32,530 nt of DNA from an uncultured Pleurocapsa sp. (GTDB lineage Bacteria > Cyanobacteriota > Cyanobacteriia > Cyanobacteriales > Microcystaceae), in NCBI GenBank assembly GCA_964441015.1, contig CAYTUO010000001.1:1-32530 (forward strand), given 5' to 3'. The notes under the pieces were generated by a model. That model did not search any database. It saw nothing but the letters and a program-made list of their open reading frames with translations, and was not told the origin of the DNA. A program made the position numbers and the translations under genes. This document shows, piece after piece, positions 18,213 through 28,765 of this stretch (the stretch's first letter is position 1; each line of letters opens with the position of its first letter).

Positions 18213-21200
18213 ATGTTCACTCACGTCAAGTCCACCATTCGCCATATCGTTCCAGAAAACTTAAACGGGCGTTCCTTGCTTAAGGTGGTCTATGTCGTGC
18301 TAGAGCCTCAGTATCAAAGTTCCTTATCTGCTGCTGTCAGGGAGATCAATCAAAAAAATCCCAAGCTAGCGATTGAAATTAGCGGTTATTTAATTGAAGA
18401 GCTTCGCGATCCTGAAAATTATGCAGATTTTCAACAGGATGTTGCAGAAGCTAACATTTTCATCGCCTCGCTAATTTTTATCGAAGACTTAGCAGATAAG
18501 GTTGTGGCGGCAGTACAGCCTCACCGAGACAAGTTGGACGCAATTGTAGTCTTTCCCTCAATGCCACAGGTAATGCGCCTCAACAAAATGGGAAGCTTCT
18601 CGATGGCACAACTCGGTCAATCGAAGAGTGCGATCGCGCAATTCATGCGTAAGCGCAAGGAAAATTCAGGTGCATCGTTCCAAGATGCCATGCTCAAACT
18701 CCTGCGTACCCTTCCCCAAGTCCTCAAATATCTTCCCATCGATAAAGCGCAGGATGCCCGCAATTTCATGCTCAGTTTCCAATATTGGTTGGGCGGTTCG
18801 TCAGAAAATCTGGAAAATTTCCTGCTAATGTTGGCAGGTAAGTATGTTTATAAAGATCTCAACAAGGATAAGACGATTGATTATCAAGAACCCGTTGTCT
18901 ATCCAGATCTGGGCATTTGGCATCCCCTATCAATGAAGATGTTTGAGGATGTCAAAGAATACCTGAGTTGGTACAACAGTCGCACGGATATCCCAGACGA
19001 TCTCAAAGATCCTTTAGCCCTTTGCATCGGTCTAATTTTGCAACGAACTCACCTCGTTACCGGAGATGATGCCCATTACGTGGCAATGATACAAGAATTA
19101 GAAGCGATGGGGGCTAGAGTGATTCCGGTATTTGCAGGCGGATTGGATTTCTCGAAACCCGTTGACGCTTATTTCTACGACAAAGGCGTTAAAGGAGTCG
19201 AAGCAATGCCTATCGTAGATGCCGCCGTCTCTTTGACCGGATTTGCCTTAGTAGGAGGGCCCGCCAGACAAGACCATCCCAAGGCGATCGAATCTCTCAA
19301 ACGCCTGAACCGTCCCTATATGTGTGCTTTGCCCTTGGTCTTCCAAACCACGCAAGAATGGGAAGAAAGCGATCTGGGACTGCATCCGATTCAAGTTGCC
19401 TTGCAGATTGCCATTCCCGAATTAGATGGGGCCATTGAACCGATTATCCTTTCTGGACGCGATGGAAATACGGGACGAGCGATCGCACTGCAAGATCGGA
19501 TCGAAGCGATCGCGCAACGGGCAATGAAATGGGCAAATCTTCGCAAAAAACCCAAACTAGATAAGAAAGTTGCCATCACCGTCTTTAGCTTCCCACCCGA
19601 TAAAGGCAATGTAGGGACTGCCGCTTATTTAGATGTCTTTGGGTCGATCTACGAGGTAATGAGGGCATTAAAAGGCAATGGATACGATGTTCAAGACTTG
19701 CCAGAGTCGCCCAAAGAATTGATGGAAGCAGTCATCCACGACGCACAAGCACAGTATCAAAGTCCCGAATTAAATATTGCCTATCGGATGTCGGTGGAAC
19801 AATACGAACGACTGACCCCCTATTCTGTTCGCCTAGAAGAAAATTGGGGCCCGCCACCAGGACATCTCAACAGCGACGGACAGAATTTACTGATCTATGG
19901 CAAGCAATTCGGTAACGTCTTCATCGGGGTGCAACCCACCTTCGGATATGAAGGCGATCCCATGCGCTTGTTATTCTCTCGTTCTGCGAGTCCCCATCAC
20001 GGATTTGCCGCTTACTACACCTATCTCAACCAAGTCTGGAAAGCAGATGCCGTCCTGCACTTCGGAACGCACGGATCGCTAGAATTCATGCCAGGAAAAC
20101 AGATGGGTATGTCTGGAGATTGTTACCCCGATAATCTCATCGGGATGATTCCCAACCTTTATTACTACGCGGCAAATAACCCCTCTGAGGCGACCATTGC
20201 TAAGCGTCGGAGTTATGCAGAAACTATCTCCTATCTGACTCCTCCGGCGGAGAATGCAGGGTTGTATAAAGGATTGAAAGAACTGGGCGAGTTAATTGGT
20301 TCTTATCAAACTCTCAAGGATACCGGACGAGGCGTACAGATTGTCGATACCATTTTGGATAAAGCGCGGTTGTGCAATCTCGATAAAGATATTGCTTTGC
20401 CAGATACTAACGCCCAAGAGATGACATCAGAGGAACGGGATAACGTTGTTGGGTTAGTCTATCGCAAGCTGATGGAAATCGAATCGCGCCTGTTACCCTG
20501 CGGACTTCATGTAATTGGCAAACCCCCAAGCGCCTCCGAAGCGATCGCAACCTTGGTTAATATTGCCAGTCTCGATCGCGAAGAAGGTGTAGAGACGTTA
20601 AATTTAACGTCTTTACAAAGTCTACCTCGCATTATCGCCAATAGCGTCGGACGAAATATCGACGAGATTTACAAAAACAGCGATAAAGGCATCCTCGAAG
20701 ACGTTGAGTTACTGCAAAACATCACCCAAGCAACTCGCGCTGCCGTATCTGCATTAGTCAAGGCACAAGTCGATGCAGATGGACGAGTGTCCATGATTTC
20801 CAAACTCAACTTCTTTAATATCGGCAAAAAAGCCCCTTGGGTAGACGCATTACATCAATTGGGTTATCCCAAAGTTGACCAAGATGCCTTGAAACCTTTG
20901 TTTGAATATCTCGAATTCTGTTTAGAACAGGTTTGCGCTGACAATGAATTAGGGGCACTCCTGAAGGCATTAGAAGGCGAATACGTCCTTCCCGGCCCTG
21001 GGGGCGATCCCATCCGCAACCCCGACGTTCTCCCCACAGGAAAAAATATTCATGCCTTAGATCCCCAATCCATCCCCACGATGGCGGCGGTAAAATCAGC
21101 AAAAATAGTCGTAGAGCGTCTTTTAGCGCGTCAAAAAGCAGATAATGGCGGAAAATATCCCGAAACTATCGCTTGCGTCCTTTGGGGAACCGATAATATT

Positions 21201-22226
21201 AAAACCTACGGGGAATCTCTTGCACAAATTATGTGGATGGTGGGTGTCAAACCCGTTGCCGATGCACTCGGAAGAGTTAATAAATTAGAGTTAATTCCTC
21301 TTGAAGAATTAGGTCGTCCTCGGATTGACGTAGTGGTCAACTGTTCTGGGGTTTTCCGCGACTTATTCATTAATCAAATGAATTTACTTGACCAAGCGGT
21401 GAAACTGGCAGCAGAAACAGACGAACCCCTAGAAATGAACTATGTTCGCAAACACGCCTTAGAACAGGCCAAGGAATTGGGGGTTAATTTGCGTCAAGCA
21501 GCAACTCGGATCTTCTCCAATGCTTCCGGTTCCTATTCTTCCAACGTAAACCTAGCAGTAGAAAATAGCAGTTGGGAAGAAGAAAAAGAACTACAGGAGA
21601 TGTATCTCAAACGTAAATCCTTTGCTTTCAACTCCGATAATCCAGGAATCATGGACGAAAATCGGAAGGTATTTGAAGCGGCACTCAAAACGGCTGAAGT
21701 GACCTTCCAAAACCTCGATTCTTCTGAAATCAGTCTGACAGACGTTTCTCACTATTTCGATTCAGATCCCACCAAAGTTGTCGCTAACTTGCGCGGGGAT
21801 GGCAAGAAACCTGCGGCCTATATTGCCGATACTACAACCGCTAACGCACAAGTACGGACACTCTCAGAAACTGTGCGCCTAGATACGCGGACGAAGCTAC
21901 TCAATCCCAAGTGGTATGAGGGAATGCTAAGTCATGGTTACGAAGGCGTAAGGGAACTGTCGAAACGTCTCGTCAATACGATGGGTTGGTCGGCAACTGC
22001 CGATGCGGTGGATAATTGGGTCTACGAAGATGTCAATACAACCTTCATTCAAGATGAGGAAATGTGTCGGCGATTGATGAATCTCAATCCCAATTCTTTC
22101 CGCAAGATTGTTGGTACTTTACTCGAAGTCAACGGTCGTGGTTATTGGGAAACCAGTGAGGAAAATCTAGATCGCCTGCGGGAGTTATATCAAGAGGTTG
22201 AAGATCGAATTGAAGGGATTGAGTAG
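18213..22226 (+). CDS. chlH: Magnesium chelatase subunit H
   Basis: [72 protein letters not shown]; RBS AAGGAG. Confidence 0.98.
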   Translation: MFTHVKSTIRHIVPENLNGRSLLKVVYVVLEPQYQSSLSAAVREINQKNPKLAIEISGYLIEELRDPENYADFQQDVAEANIFIASLIFIEDLADKVVAAVQPHRDKLDAIVVFPSMPQVMRLNKMGSFSMAQLGQSKSAIAQFMRKRKENSGASFQDAMLKLLRTLPQVLKYLPIDKAQDARNFMLSFQYWLGGSSENLENFLLMLAGKYVYKDLNKDKTIDYQEPVVYPDLGIWHPLSMKMFEDVKEYLSWYNSRTDIPDDLKDPLALCIGLILQRTHLVTGDDAHYVAMIQELEAMGARVIPVFAGGLDFSKPVDAYFYDKGVKGVEAMPIVDAAVSLTGFALVGGPARQDHPKAIESLKRLNRPYMCALPLVFQTTQEWEESDLGLHPIQVALQIAIPELDGAIEPIILSGRDGNTGRAIALQDRIEAIAQRAMKWANLRKKPKLDKKVAITVFSFPPDKGNVGTAAYLDVFGSIYEVMRALKGNGYDVQDLPESPKELMEAVIHDAQAQYQSPELNIAYRMSVEQYERLTPYSVRLEENWGPPPGHLNSDGQNLLIYGKQFGNVFIGVQPTFGYEGDPMRLLFSRSASPHHGFAAYYTYLNQVWKADAVLHFGTHGSLEFMPGKQMGMSGDCYPDNLIGMIPNLYYYAANNPSEATIAKRRSYAETISYLTPPAENAGLYKGLKELGELIGSYQTLKDTGRGVQIVDTILDKARLCNLDKDIALPDTNAQEMTSEERDNVVGLVYRKLMEIESRLLPCGLHVIGKPPSASEAIATLVNIASLDREEGVETLNLTSLQSLPRIIANSVGRNIDEIYKNSDKGILEDVELLQNITQATRAAVSALVKAQVDADGRVSMISKLNFFNIGKKAPWVDALHQLGYPKVDQDALKPLFEYLEFCLEQVCADNELGALLKALEGEYVLPGPGGDPIRNPDVLPTGKNIHALDPQSIPTMAAVKSAKIVVERLLARQKADNGGKYPETIACVLWGTDNIKTYGESLAQIMWMVGVKPVADALGRVNKLELIPLEELGRPRIDVVVNCSGVFRDLFINQMNLLDQAVKLAAETDEPLEMNYVRKHALEQAKELGVNLRQAATRIFSNASGSYSSNVNLAVENSSWEEEKELQEMYLKRKSFAFNSDNPGIMDENRKVFEAALKTAEVTFQNLDSSEISLTDVSHYFDSDPTKVVANLRGDGKKPAAYIADTTTANAQVRTLSETVRLDTRTKLLNPKWYEGMLSHGYEGVRELSKRLVNTMGWSATADAVDNWVYEDVNTTFIQDEEMCRRLMNLNPNSFRKIVGTLLEVNGRGYWETSEENLDRLRELYQEVEDRIEGIE
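20588..20617. repeat. GTAG-family REP-like palindrome located in frame inside chlH
   Basis: TGTAGAGACGTTAAA|TTTAACGTCTTTACA, 30-bp palindrome with one mismatch; shares GTAGAGACGTT...AACGTCT.TAC with 17014-17042. Confidence 0.8.
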
Positions 22227-22274
22227 GGCAAGCTCCTAGCCTAACCTTGATAGAGTCACTAATTCTGATATTTT

Positions 22275-22304
22275 ACGGGGTCTAATTAGGCTCCGTTTTC
22301 TTTT
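22275..22304 (+). terminator. Intrinsic terminator after chlH
   Basis: ACGGGGTCTA-AT-TAGGCTCCGT followed by TTTCTTTT. Confidence 0.7.
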
Positions 22305-22591
22305 GCTTAAGCAATCAGTACTAAAGTAGGTGGACATATGGCTGGCGATCGCGAAGATTCGTTCCGGTTAGGATTTGGTTATTTTTTTTATGGTGTTTAT
22401 CCGCAAATTTGCTGACTTAGTAGGACAGGAAGTGATCGAGAAAATCTAGGAAAAAAATAGAGAGCGTCAAAAAGCACACCACAGGACTCGCTTGTTGTAT
22501 AAAGTAAATATCTTTCTCAAGAGAGATGATGGCGATCGCGCAGACTTGATGCTCAAAAAAACATTTCTGCTTCTAGCTTAGAGGTGCCATT

Positions 22592-23113
22592 ATGCGCTGG
22601 TTTTTCTTGATTCCCCTAGCAACTGGATTGATATCTGGCTACATTGCTCAAAAGTCTGACGATGAAATGGCTTATCTAACCAGTGCAGCAACTGTAATCA
22701 GTCTCTTTTTGAGTCTCATTTTGGCACCTTGGCAAGTTCAGCTTTTAATTCTGATCGTTGTTTTCATTGCTGTCAGACAATTCTGGTTAAAACTTGAGTC
22801 GGGGATGCAGTCTGCGGCAAAAGAAAAAGAACCTCAGAGCGATCGCGCTATGACTAACCAACCGACTGCTTCTGTCACTGAGGAAGTAGAGGGGAAATTA
22901 ACTCGAAAATATCGCGGTGCTAGTTACGAACCTGCGGTGCCTACAGAAAGCTTTACTGAAGTCGAGAAAGAGGGAAAGTATCGAGGAGCTAATTGTAAGG
23001 TTCGTTCTCTCCAACCAACTTCTGTCCCATCTCCCAAGCATAAACTAAAGTATCGGGGTATTAATTTCAGCAGTTCAGAAGCAGATACAACTCAAGAAAG
23101 CTCGAACGGATAG
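22592..23113 (+). CDS. Membrane protein with three KYRG (DUF4278-like) motifs
   Basis: N-terminal hydrophobic helices (L.LILAPWQ.QLL), then RKYRGASY, GKYRGANC, LKYRGINF; RBS GAGG. Confidence 0.8.
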   Translation: MRWFFLIPLATGLISGYIAQKSDDEMAYLTSAATVISLFLSLILAPWQVQLLILIVVFIAVRQFWLKLESGMQSAAKEKEPQSDRAMTNQPTASVTEEVEGKLTRKYRGASYEPAVPTESFTEVEKEGKYRGANCKVRSLQPTSVPSPKHKLKYRGINFSSSEADTTQESSNG

Positions 23114-23115
23114 GA

Positions 23116-23226
23116 TATTTAACCTCTTGCATAATTAAATTTTTCCTCAATTCTCTTCCCTGTTCCCTGTTAAGTGTTCCCTTTCTCAACCAGTATCTCC
23201 GAATTCCGCAAGAGGTCTATTTAACC
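23116..23226. mobile_element. MITE-like element with imperfect terminal inverted repeats and internal heptamer repeats
   Basis: ACCTCTTGC.. AATT (23122-23136) vs AATT..GCAAGAGGT (23202-23216); internal TGTTCCC TGTTAAG TGTTCCC; flanking 9-bp direct repeat TATTTAACC (23116-23124, 23218-23226). Confidence 0.55.
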
Positions 23227-23245
23227 AAAATTGATATTATTAGGC

Positions 23246-23276
23246 AAAAAAAGAGCGGGTCATTTAAAACCCGCCT
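23246..23276 (-). terminator. Intrinsic terminator for the DUF2949 gene
   Basis: Minus strand GCGGGT-loop-ACCCGC-TC-TTTTTTT. Confidence 0.6.
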
Positions 23277-23399
23277 GGAAATTATTTTTGAGGTTATTGG
23301 CGATCGCTGTCGTAGATCGCGATATCTAGTGGGAAAACTGTCCCTAAAACCATCTTGTTTAAACATTAACAATTTGCTCCTTGCTGACGATCGCCGATC

Positions 23400-23591
23400 T
23401 TACACCTCCTCCAACCAATCATAAATCCGATCTAATTCTTCTAAAGTAATTAAACCGTACTGCCAGAGAATCATCGGTAGCGGGCCTCGATCTTGTTCGA
23501 CCGATCGTTGTGCGATCGCTAGCGAATTGGCAGGAAGTGCCAGTTCTTCTTGTAAAAAGCGGATTAAATGGGAATGAGTAAAGTTTGACAT
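23400..23591 (-). CDS. DUF2949 family protein
   Basis: LIRFLQEELAL...GPLPMILWQYGLITLEELDRIYDWLE; start 23591 or 23624. Confidence 0.88.
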   Translation of the reverse strand: MSNFTHSHLIRFLQEELALPANSLAIAQRSVEQDRGPLPMILWQYGLITLEELDRIYDWLEEV

Positions 23592-23862
23592 AGTTTTTTT
23601 CACATCCTTTGTATTAGACTCCATTTTGTAATGAGATGATTTCGGAAAATAATTTGTTTTAGCCAGTCTTTGGACTGTCTACCGTTTCTTTGAAATCAAT
23701 CCTATGTATAAGAATGCCAGAAGACATTTTGTTCGCTTATGATTTATATCACAAGCTAGATAGGATTGTTCGCACTTTTGCTTTGATTAGTTTCCTTCTC
23801 GGCCCTGTGCGGATGAAATAAAACTTCTTGAGCCTTCTCAGCCAATCCAGAAGAACTTGAGG

Positions 23863-24381
23863 CTAGGGATCGCTGAAAAACTCAATCGTAACGCGATCGC
23901 CTACTTTGAGATCTAATTCTTGGGCGCGTCCCCCTGCTAGTTCGATAACGCGATCGATCTCAATAGCAGGCCCGTAGGTTTGACAAGGTTCGCGAGTGCA
24001 GGGAGGAACATTGGCAAAAATTGCTTTAATCTCCCCATCCTTGAGAAAAACTATATCCAGAGGAATAATCGTATTTTTCATCCAAAAACGAGCGTATCGC
24101 GGCGACTCAAACAGGAACAACATTCCCCGATTTTTGGGCAAAGACGAACGATACATTAGTCCCATTTCTTGCTGTTGGGGGGTTTTAGCCACTTCCAATT
24201 CGATTGTCTCCTCTCCCATCTTCGCTTTCGCTCCAATTGGCAATGTTTGACCGCGATTTTCCGAAGACACTTGCTCAGAAATCGGAGTGCGATCGCACGA
24301 AGCCATAGCTGAGTTGGGAGTCGTACAACCTAACAAAAAAACACCCAACAGGATCGTTAAACCAATACGAGTCTTAATCAT
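23863..24381 (-). CDS. DUF192 family lipoprotein
   Basis: Lipobox-like LLGC; LEVA.TP.QQ.MGLMYR, GMLF, FWMKNT.IPLDIVFL, VIEL.GG. Confidence 0.9.
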   Translation of the reverse strand: MIKTRIGLTILLGVFLLGCTTPNSAMASCDRTPISEQVSSENRGQTLPIGAKAKMGEETIELEVAKTPQQQEMGLMYRSSLPKNRGMLFLFESPRYARFWMKNTIIPLDIVFLKDGEIKAIFANVPPCTREPCQTYGPAIEIDRVIELAGGRAQELDLKVGDRVTIEFFSDP

Positions 24382-24399
24382 CGTTTTTGTCTACAGAAA

Positions 24400-24420
24400 A
24401 GGTAGGCATTACCTACCTAC
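24400..24420 (-). repeat. Short GTAG-type REP-like hairpin (may double as terminator)
   Basis: Minus strand GTAGGTAGGTAATGCCTACCT followed by TTTCT; stem AGGTAGG/CCTACCT. Confidence 0.5.
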
Positions 24421-24453
24421 AAGATGGGAAAGTCTTTAGATCGCAACAAATAG

Positions 24454-24882
24454 TTAGTAAGAGCGCAAATAACGACTGCGGTAATAGTAAACTCGATGCG
24501 GCGAATTGCTTTCGCGATAGAAGTAAACATCGCGTCCTCGATCAGATCCGTAGGGATAGTCGCGTCGATAATACCGGGATTGGTAGGATGAGCGATCGCA
24601 ATCGCAGCATTCATTCCCACTCGAATAAATAACAACACCTGGCCTGTCAGAAGGCCGTAGAGAATTCCCGTGATAGACAACTCCCCCGTAGAGACGATTC
24701 CCTGGCTTAAAGACAACTCCGTTGTGGAAAGAGTTCCCCTGACGAATGGGGAAACCGCGATTAACATAAGCGCCTCGATTCGCCCCGCCTATACTAATGG
24801 TTATGTTTTGCGCGTTTAGATCTGTCTGTAATCCGAGCCACGTCAATCCCGCACAGATAATCGCACCTATTGTTCTGTTCAT
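24454..24882 (-). CDS. Hypothetical secreted protein, Tyr/Arg/Gly-rich
   Basis: Signal-peptide-like MNRTIGAIICAGLTWLGLQTDLNA; AAGGAG upstream of ATG 24882; CCDC motif; Y/R-rich C-terminus. Confidence 0.65.
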   Translation of the reverse strand: MNRTIGAIICAGLTWLGLQTDLNAQNITISIGGANRGAYVNRGFPIRQGNSFHNGVVFKPGNRLYGGVVYHGNSLRPSDRPGVVIYSSGNECCDCDRSSYQSRYYRRDYPYGSDRGRDVYFYRESNSPHRVYYYRSRYLRSY

Positions 24883-25022
24883 TGCTCTCAACTCCTTCGG
24901 TACGCTCAACCCGATCCGACTCTAAGACCTATTTCCTACTTGACAAAACCCAGAGGTGAGCTTACTGCTCACCTTATATTTTATCGCTTACGCCAAGCAG
25001 CCTGATGATAATATCGAAAGTA

Positions 25023-25724
25023 ATGACTAGATTGATCCTGAGAGTGAAACCACAAGAAGAACACCTTTCAACAAATTGGGTAGAAGTTACCTATACTTTG
25101 TTTCAAGAAGAAGCTAGAGAAGCTGTTAGAGCCTACTTTAGACACTATCCTGAAAAAATTTACAAAACTCACGTTCCTAACTGGCATATAACGGAAGACG
25201 AGAAAATCTCCTTCATTATTCGTCGGCTATCTAGCTATCCTTTTCGTCAACAGTTTATTCAACGATTAATCCAGTGCTTAGATAGAGACATCCTCGTTCA
25301 ACAAACGGTTAAAGAGTTGAGAAACACGCTACAAGTTGATCGGGTTGTTTTGTACTATTTTTACCGTCGTTGGAAAGGGCAAGTGATTTTTGAAGCTCTC
25401 AGCGAACCGAAATTTTCTATCATGGGGTCGATGGGGCCCGATGAGTGCTTTAACGAAGAATATGCCGCTTGGTATGAAGCAGGAAGAGTTCGCGCCATTA
25501 ACGATCTTGAAACTGAAGCGATTGCCGTTTGTCACCGAGATTTTTTGCGAGATTTAGAAGTTAGGGCAAATTTAGTCGTTCCCCTGTTGGGTTCTCAAGG
25601 TTTGTGGGGTTTATTAATTGCCCATCATTGCCAATCCTCTAAGCTTTGGACACTTTCAGAAATTGAGGCGATGAAAACGGCCGCTGTCAGACTAGAACAA
25701 TCTCAGACTCTTCTCAGTAGCTAA
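25023..25724 (+). CDS. GAF-domain protein, DXCF cyanobacteriochrome-like, with extra N-terminal domain
   Basis: DRVVLY, DECF (25440-25451), CH (25530-25535), VRANLVVP, LWGLLIAHHC...W...E; start 25005 or 25023. Confidence 0.85.
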   Translation: MTRLILRVKPQEEHLSTNWVEVTYTLFQEEAREAVRAYFRHYPEKIYKTHVPNWHITEDEKISFIIRRLSSYPFRQQFIQRLIQCLDRDILVQQTVKELRNTLQVDRVVLYYFYRRWKGQVIFEALSEPKFSIMGSMGPDECFNEEYAAWYEAGRVRAINDLETEAIAVCHRDFLRDLEVRANLVVPLLGSQGLWGLLIAHHCQSSKLWTLSEIEAMKTAAVRLEQSQTLLSS

Positions 25725-25886
25725 ATTGGCAAAAATATCAAACAATTCAGGAGCGATCGCCTATATTATTCCCGAAAAGGTAACGCTCTGACACGAGTAG
25801 CAAAAATGCTAGATAATGGGCAATGCGTCCAAATTTTGTTAATCTAAAAGCCTCTATATTACAGCAGCTATTCTCAAGCAACGACT

Positions 25887-27674
25887 ATGCGAACTCATTA
25901 TTGTGGAGAACTTAGAGCAAGCGATTTAGGGAAAACCGTTACTCTTTTTGGTTGGGTGGATCGCCGTCGGGATCACGGTGGCGTGATTTTTATCGATCTG
26001 CGCGATCGCAATGGGATCGTTCAGATTGTCAGCGATCCTCAACGCACTCCCGACTCCTACAAAGATGCAGAATCGTTGCGGAATGAATATGTCGTTAAAA
26101 TTATTGGTCGAGTCAGTCAGCGTCCCCCAGAATCCCTCAATGCCAAAATTCCTACAGGTGAGGTAGAAATTTACGCCGACAAGATAGAAGTTCTCAACGG
26201 AGTTTCTAAACAACTTCCCTTCGTGGTTTCTAGTGCAGAATCCGATCCGGTGCGCGAAGAAGTGCGACTGAAGTATCGGTATTTGGATCTAAGGCGCGAT
26301 CGCATGAATAAAAATCTGCAATTGCGTCATCAAGTCGTCAAAGCAATCCGTCGCTTTCTCGAAGACGAACAGAATTTCCTTGAGGTTGAAACGCCTATCC
26401 TGACTCGTTCAACTCCCGAAGGTGCCAGAGATTATCTCGTTCCCTCCCGTGCCAATCCTGGAGAATGGTATGCCTTACCCCAATCGCCACAATTATTTAA
26501 ACAAATATTAATGGTATCTGGGTGCGATCGCTACTATCAAATTGCTCGTTGTTTTCGCGATGAAGATCTACGTGCTGACAGACAACCGGAATTTACACAA
26601 TTAGATATGGAAATGAGCTTCATGTCTAGAGATGAAATATTAGACCTCAATGAAGCATTAGGTTCTCACATTTTTAAAACCGTTAAAAATATTGATATTC
26701 CTCGTCCATTTCCGAGAATTACCTATGCTGAATCAATGGCACGCTATGGAAACGATCGCCCCGATACTCGTTTTAATTTAGAGTTAGTTGATGTTTCGGA
26801 AATTGTTAAAAATACTGGGTTTAAAGTCTTTTCTAGCGCAATAGAAAGCGGCGGAATTGTCAAAGTTTTACCGATTCCTAACGGGAATGAAAAGATTTCC
26901 AATGTACGAATTAAATCCAAAGGAGATTTATTTGAAGAAGCTAGCAAGGCGGGAGCAAAAGGGATTGCTTATATCCGCGTTCGAGAAGGCTATGAATTCG
27001 ATACCATTGGTGCAATTAAAGATAATCTCACTGACGAACAAAAACAGCAATTAATTGAAAAAACGGGTGCTAAACCGGGTCATTTATTGCTTTTTGGTGC
27101 GGGAGACACGGATACAGTTAATAAATCTCTATCGCGTTTGCGTTTAGTGGTTGGAGAAGAATTAGGATTAATTGACCCAAATAAGATTAATTTACTTTGG
27201 GTGACTGACTTCCCGATGTTTGAATGGAATGCCGAAGAAAAACGCTTAGAAGCACTACATCATCCTTTTACAGCACCTAATCCAGAAGATTTAAATAATC
27301 TAAAAAATGCGAGAGCGCAAGCTTATGACTTAGTTTTTAATGGAGTCGAAGTTGGCGGTGGCAGTTTGCGAATTTACCAGCGAGAAATTCAAGAAAAAGT
27401 GTTCGCAATTATTGGTTTATCGAGAGAAGAAGCTTACAAAAAATTTGGCTTTTTACTCGAAGCATTTGAATATGGAACACCCCCTCACGGCGGGATTGCC
27501 TATGGGTTAGATCGCTTAGTCATGCTGTTAGCTGGCGAAGAATCAATTCGAGATGTTATTGCCTTTCCGAAGACCCAACAAGCAAGTTGTTTGCTAACCG
27601 ATGCACCAGCACCAGTTGAGGAAAAACAATTGAAAGAATTGCAGGTAAAATCGACCTATAAACCGAAACTTTAA
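25887..27674 (+). CDS. aspS: Aspartate--tRNA ligase
   Basis: [77 protein letters not shown]. Confidence 0.98.
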   Translation: MRTHYCGELRASDLGKTVTLFGWVDRRRDHGGVIFIDLRDRNGIVQIVSDPQRTPDSYKDAESLRNEYVVKIIGRVSQRPPESLNAKIPTGEVEIYADKIEVLNGVSKQLPFVVSSAESDPVREEVRLKYRYLDLRRDRMNKNLQLRHQVVKAIRRFLEDEQNFLEVETPILTRSTPEGARDYLVPSRANPGEWYALPQSPQLFKQILMVSGCDRYYQIARCFRDEDLRADRQPEFTQLDMEMSFMSRDEILDLNEALGSHIFKTVKNIDIPRPFPRITYAESMARYGNDRPDTRFNLELVDVSEIVKNTGFKVFSSAIESGGIVKVLPIPNGNEKISNVRIKSKGDLFEEASKAGAKGIAYIRVREGYEFDTIGAIKDNLTDEQKQQLIEKTGAKPGHLLLFGAGDTDTVNKSLSRLRLVVGEELGLIDPNKINLLWVTDFPMFEWNAEEKRLEALHHPFTAPNPEDLNNLKNARAQAYDLVFNGVEVGGGSLRIYQREIQEKVFAIIGLSREEAYKKFGFLLEAFEYGTPPHGGIAYGLDRLVMLLAGEESIRDVIAFPKTQQASCLLTDAPAPVEEKQLKELQVKSTYKPKL

Positions 27675-27676
27675 TT

Positions 27677-28597
27677 TTAATTGCGATGGTTGTTGCTGTA
27701 GCGAATTCTGGCCCCTGCCCATTGTAATTTTTCCCGTAGAGTTTGGTAAAAAGAATAACTTTCGCGCAAGATAATAAATTTGGCAAAACAATCCGCCATG
27801 CGAACATTGACCCACTGTCCGGGCCAAATGGAAGTTGCCAACGACCCATCAGTCCAGAGTTTAGTATTGAGTTCGTAATCTCCCAACGGCCAAATACTAA
27901 CCACAGAACCTGCCGGAATAACGATAGGACGACTGGAAAGACTGAGAGGACAAAGGGGAGTTACCGCGATCGCTTCCATTCCTGGATGGATAATCGGCCC
28001 GTTAGCAGAGGCAGTATAACAAGTAGAACCCGTAGGCGTTGCCACTAGTAACCCATCACCTTGATATTGATCGACAATTTCTCCATCCACTTCCATCTCT
28101 AAAATTGAGGTAGGCATTCGGTCAATGCTGGCAGGTTTGACGCACATTTCATTGAGGCAAAAGAAGCGATCGCTTGCCGGTTCAGGATCGACGCGACTTC
28201 CTTCAAACAAACGTGCTTCCAACATCATCCGTTGCTGTAGTGCATACAGGTCAGATTCTAAGCGTTCCCAAACTCGTTCACTGTCTTGGAATTCTTCAAA
28301 AGGTTCTGTCAGGAATCCTAAATGTCCTCCCACATTGACTGCCAAAATCGGAATTCTCTCGCAGGCAAGATGTCGCGCTGCTGCTAAAACGGTTCCGTCT
28401 CCCCCCAGGACGACTGCCAAATCGATTTTACAGGTAGCAGAGGCCAGAAAAACGGGATAGGGATTATCTTTAAATCCGCTAGGGCCCATTAAAACTTTGC
28501 AATTTCGGGCTTCTAATTGTCTAGCACATTTTTCAGCCCAAGCTTTGCCTTGAGGATCTCCGGCTTTATGGACAATAATGACTTGTTTAAGTTCCAC
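27677..28597 (-). CDS. nadK: NAD(+) kinase
   Basis: GGDGT, GHLGFL, LNE, GDGLLVATPTGSTCY..SANGP; GTG start. Confidence 0.95.
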   Translation of the reverse strand: MELKQVIIVHKAGDPQGKAWAEKCARQLEARNCKVLMGPSGFKDNPYPVFLASATCKIDLAVVLGGDGTVLAAARHLACERIPILAVNVGGHLGFLTEPFEEFQDSERVWERLESDLYALQQRMMLEARLFEGSRVDPEPASDRFFCLNEMCVKPASIDRMPTSILEMEVDGEIVDQYQGDGLLVATPTGSTCYTASANGPIIHPGMEAIAVTPLCPLSLSSRPIVIPAGSVVSIWPLGDYELNTKLWTDGSLATSIWPGQWVNVRMADCFAKFIILRESYSFYQTLREKLQWAGARIRYSNNHRN

Positions 28598-28765
28598 GCG
28601 ATCGCTGTTGTGAACTGCTCTATAGTTTAGCGAGAAATTCCATTGTCTCTCAAGAGCGGGCGATCGTTCTCTATTCTGTCACCGATCATTCTGACTAATC
28701 TATAGAAAGTGGTTTCTGTTCGAGCGCCAGCACTGATAAAATAGTTCGGCACTTTTGTAGCTTTT

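Noticed and set aside
22324-22338. AAGTAGGTGGACAT resembling an IS/MITE terminal repeat
   Set aside because: No partner inverted repeat found nearby.
24417-24767. Alternative 116-aa minus-strand ORF and 81-aa plus-strand ORF overlapping the 24454-24882 gene
   Set aside because: The 24882 frame has an RBS, ATG and signal peptide; the alternatives have non-ATG starts and lack these.
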